Shown here piece after piece: positions 62,054-64,000 of a stretch of DNA of 64,000 nucleotides. A program made the translations under genes and the position numbers. Source of the stretch: Cetorhinus maximus (Eukaryota); the NCBI RefSeq assembly GCF_964194155.1, contig NC_135884.1:64418001-64482000 (forward strand). Direction: 5' to 3'. The first letter of the stretch is position 1. The number at the start of each line of letters is the position of its first letter. The notes under the pieces were generated by a model, which was not told the origin of the DNA, searched no databases, and saw only the letters and a program-made list of their open reading frames with translations.

Positions 62054-63710
62054 TTGGAGTCATACCTAGCACAAGTGAGGATGGTTGTGATTGTTGGAAG
62101 CCATTCATCTCAGCCCCAGGACATCACTGCAGGTGTTCCTCAGGGTAGTATCCTAGGTCCAACCATCTTCAGCTGCTTCTTCAATGACCTTCCCTCCATC
62201 ATAAGGTCAGAAGCGGGGATGATCGCTGCTGATTGTGCAGCATTCAGTACCTTTCGCAACTCCTCAGATACTGAAGCAGCCTGTGTCCGAAGGCAAACAA
62301 GACTTGAACAACATTAATGCTTGGGCTGATAAGTGGCAAGTAACGTTTGCAGCATACAAGTGCCGGGCAATAGCATAGCATCTCCAACAAGAGGGAATCT
62401 TTCATGTCAGCCGTGGGTCAGTTAGCAGCACTCTTGCCTTTGAGTCATGTGGGAGTAATTTTTAGGGAAGGGAGCATATTGCTTGCATAATATTTGCCGT
62501 AGGTGGCATTAACAAACTCAGCATGGTGAAAAACCAGCCTGCCTACTTTTGCCCACCTTCCACCACCAATTGTATTATGGCAGCAGGGGCAGAATTAGGC
62601 CCTTAATTGGGCAGTTAAGGGTATCAATAGACCAATTACAGGCAGGTTAGCGGGCATCTTATCCACCCACTGTATTATGAAGAATGGGTCAGGGGTGGAC
62701 AGGAAGGTGGTGGGCTAGCCACCCATCATATTTTATGTGTCCCCACCTCGCCATAAACACAGCCCGTGGTTCCAGGTTCAAGTTTCACTCCAGTGCAAAA
62801 ATCAAGACTGACATTCAAGTGCTGCATGGTCAGAGGTGCCATCTTTCGGATGACCCATTAAACCGAGGCCCCAGCTGTCCATTGGGTGGATGGCACTATC
62901 GTGAAGAAGTCCTCCCCAGTGTACCAGCCAATATTTATTCCCCCAATCAACATCACAAAAACAGATTATCTGGTTGTTACCACATTTTGTGGGAGTTTGC
63001 TGTGTGCAAATTGGTTGCCGTGTTTCCTGCATTACAACAGTAGCCACAAAAAATAAACAACTACTTCAATGGTTGTAAAGTGGTGGTTGTGAGAAATGCT
63101 ATATAAATACAAGCCTTTAAACTTTCTTCTTTCCATCTTCCCTCAACATTCAATGTCATTACCATCAATGAATCCTCCACCATCAACATCCTGGGGGTGG
63201 AGTTACCATTGACCAAACATAAGTGAACCAGCCATGTAAATACTGTGGCTACAAGAGCAGTTCAGGGACTGAGAATTCTGAGTAATTCATCTCTTGACTC
63301 CCTAAAGTGTGTCCACCATCTACAAGGCATATGTTAGGAGTACGATGGAATATTCCTCACTTGTCTGGATGAGTGCCACTCCAACAATACTCAAGAAGCT
63401 TGACACCATCCAGGGCAAGGCAGCCCACTTGATTGGCATCATTAACGATCCGCCACCTTAAACAATCATTCCCTCCACCACTGGCGCACAGAGGCAGCAG
63501 TGTATGCGATCCACAAGATGCACTGCAGCAGCTCGCCAAGCCTCGTTTGACAGCACCTTCCAAACCCACGATCTCTCTCGGCTATAAAGAGAAGGGCAGC
63601 AAATGCATGAGAACACCACCACCACCAGCAAGTTCCCCCCCAAACCACACACCATCCTCACTTGGAACCATATCGTTGTTCCTTAACTGTCACTGGGTCA
63701 AAATCCTTGA
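62054..63710 (+). mobile_element. Family A LINE fragment interrupted by a SINE (about 62400-63120), itself containing a MITE-like insert (about 62450-62770)
   Basis: GVPQGSILGPTIFSCFFNDLPSIIRS. The LINE sequence stops after AGAGGGAATCT and resumes at about 63135. Confidence 0.8.
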
Positions 63711-64000
63711 GTTGTCCCATGGTGTAGGATCACTCTCAGCGGCAGCTTTGAGAACTAAGTTGAGTGCAGCAGCAGTCCCTCCTTGAAATCAAATAGCCTC
63801 CCTGTACTTGCAAAGCTTGCCAAGAGAGCCAATTGGCTGCCAAGTGGAAAATCACACTGGAACCTGGTGACTTTTTAAGTGACCTCCTGACTCAGGTGTG
63901 AGTGTTACCCACTGGGCCACAGCTGACACCAAAGGACTGATTCATAGAATCCTAAAGCCCCTGGCATGTTGCAGAACCACTTCTGCTTAAAGCAGCTCTG

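Overview
Vertebrate genomic DNA, most likely from a cartilaginous fish (inferred from the repeat families and the proteins). It is not prokaryotic. Two host-gene exons can be identified, both on the + strand: the last coding exon of ZMYND10 (3536-3617, end of the MYND finger) and coding exon 1 of RASSF1 isoform A (35684-36023, first part of the C1 domain). This matches the ZMYND10-RASSF1 order at human 3p21.3, but the two are about 32 kb apart here. The rest of the window after 36024 appears to be RASSF1 intron 1. Most of the sequence is nested transposon debris: CR1 LINEs, a second CR1/L2-group LINE with a partner SINE, RTE, Vingi, Tx1/L1, Penelope-like elements with hammerhead ribozyme motifs, DeuSINE-like SINEs, MITEs and one Gypsy element. 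There are also four minisatellites. The observations most worth checking are: a palindromic double-hammerhead Penelope-derived mini-element with a 12-bp target-site duplication (TSD); a candidate spliced minus-strand transcript running divergently from the RASSF1A promoter; further minus-strand exon candidates convergent on ZMYND10; TTAGGG repeats at a patchwork repeat junction; and a 53-bp fold-back hairpin at a LINE 5' end. Repeat boundaries are approximate unless a TSD is cited, and family names come from motif recognition, not database searches.
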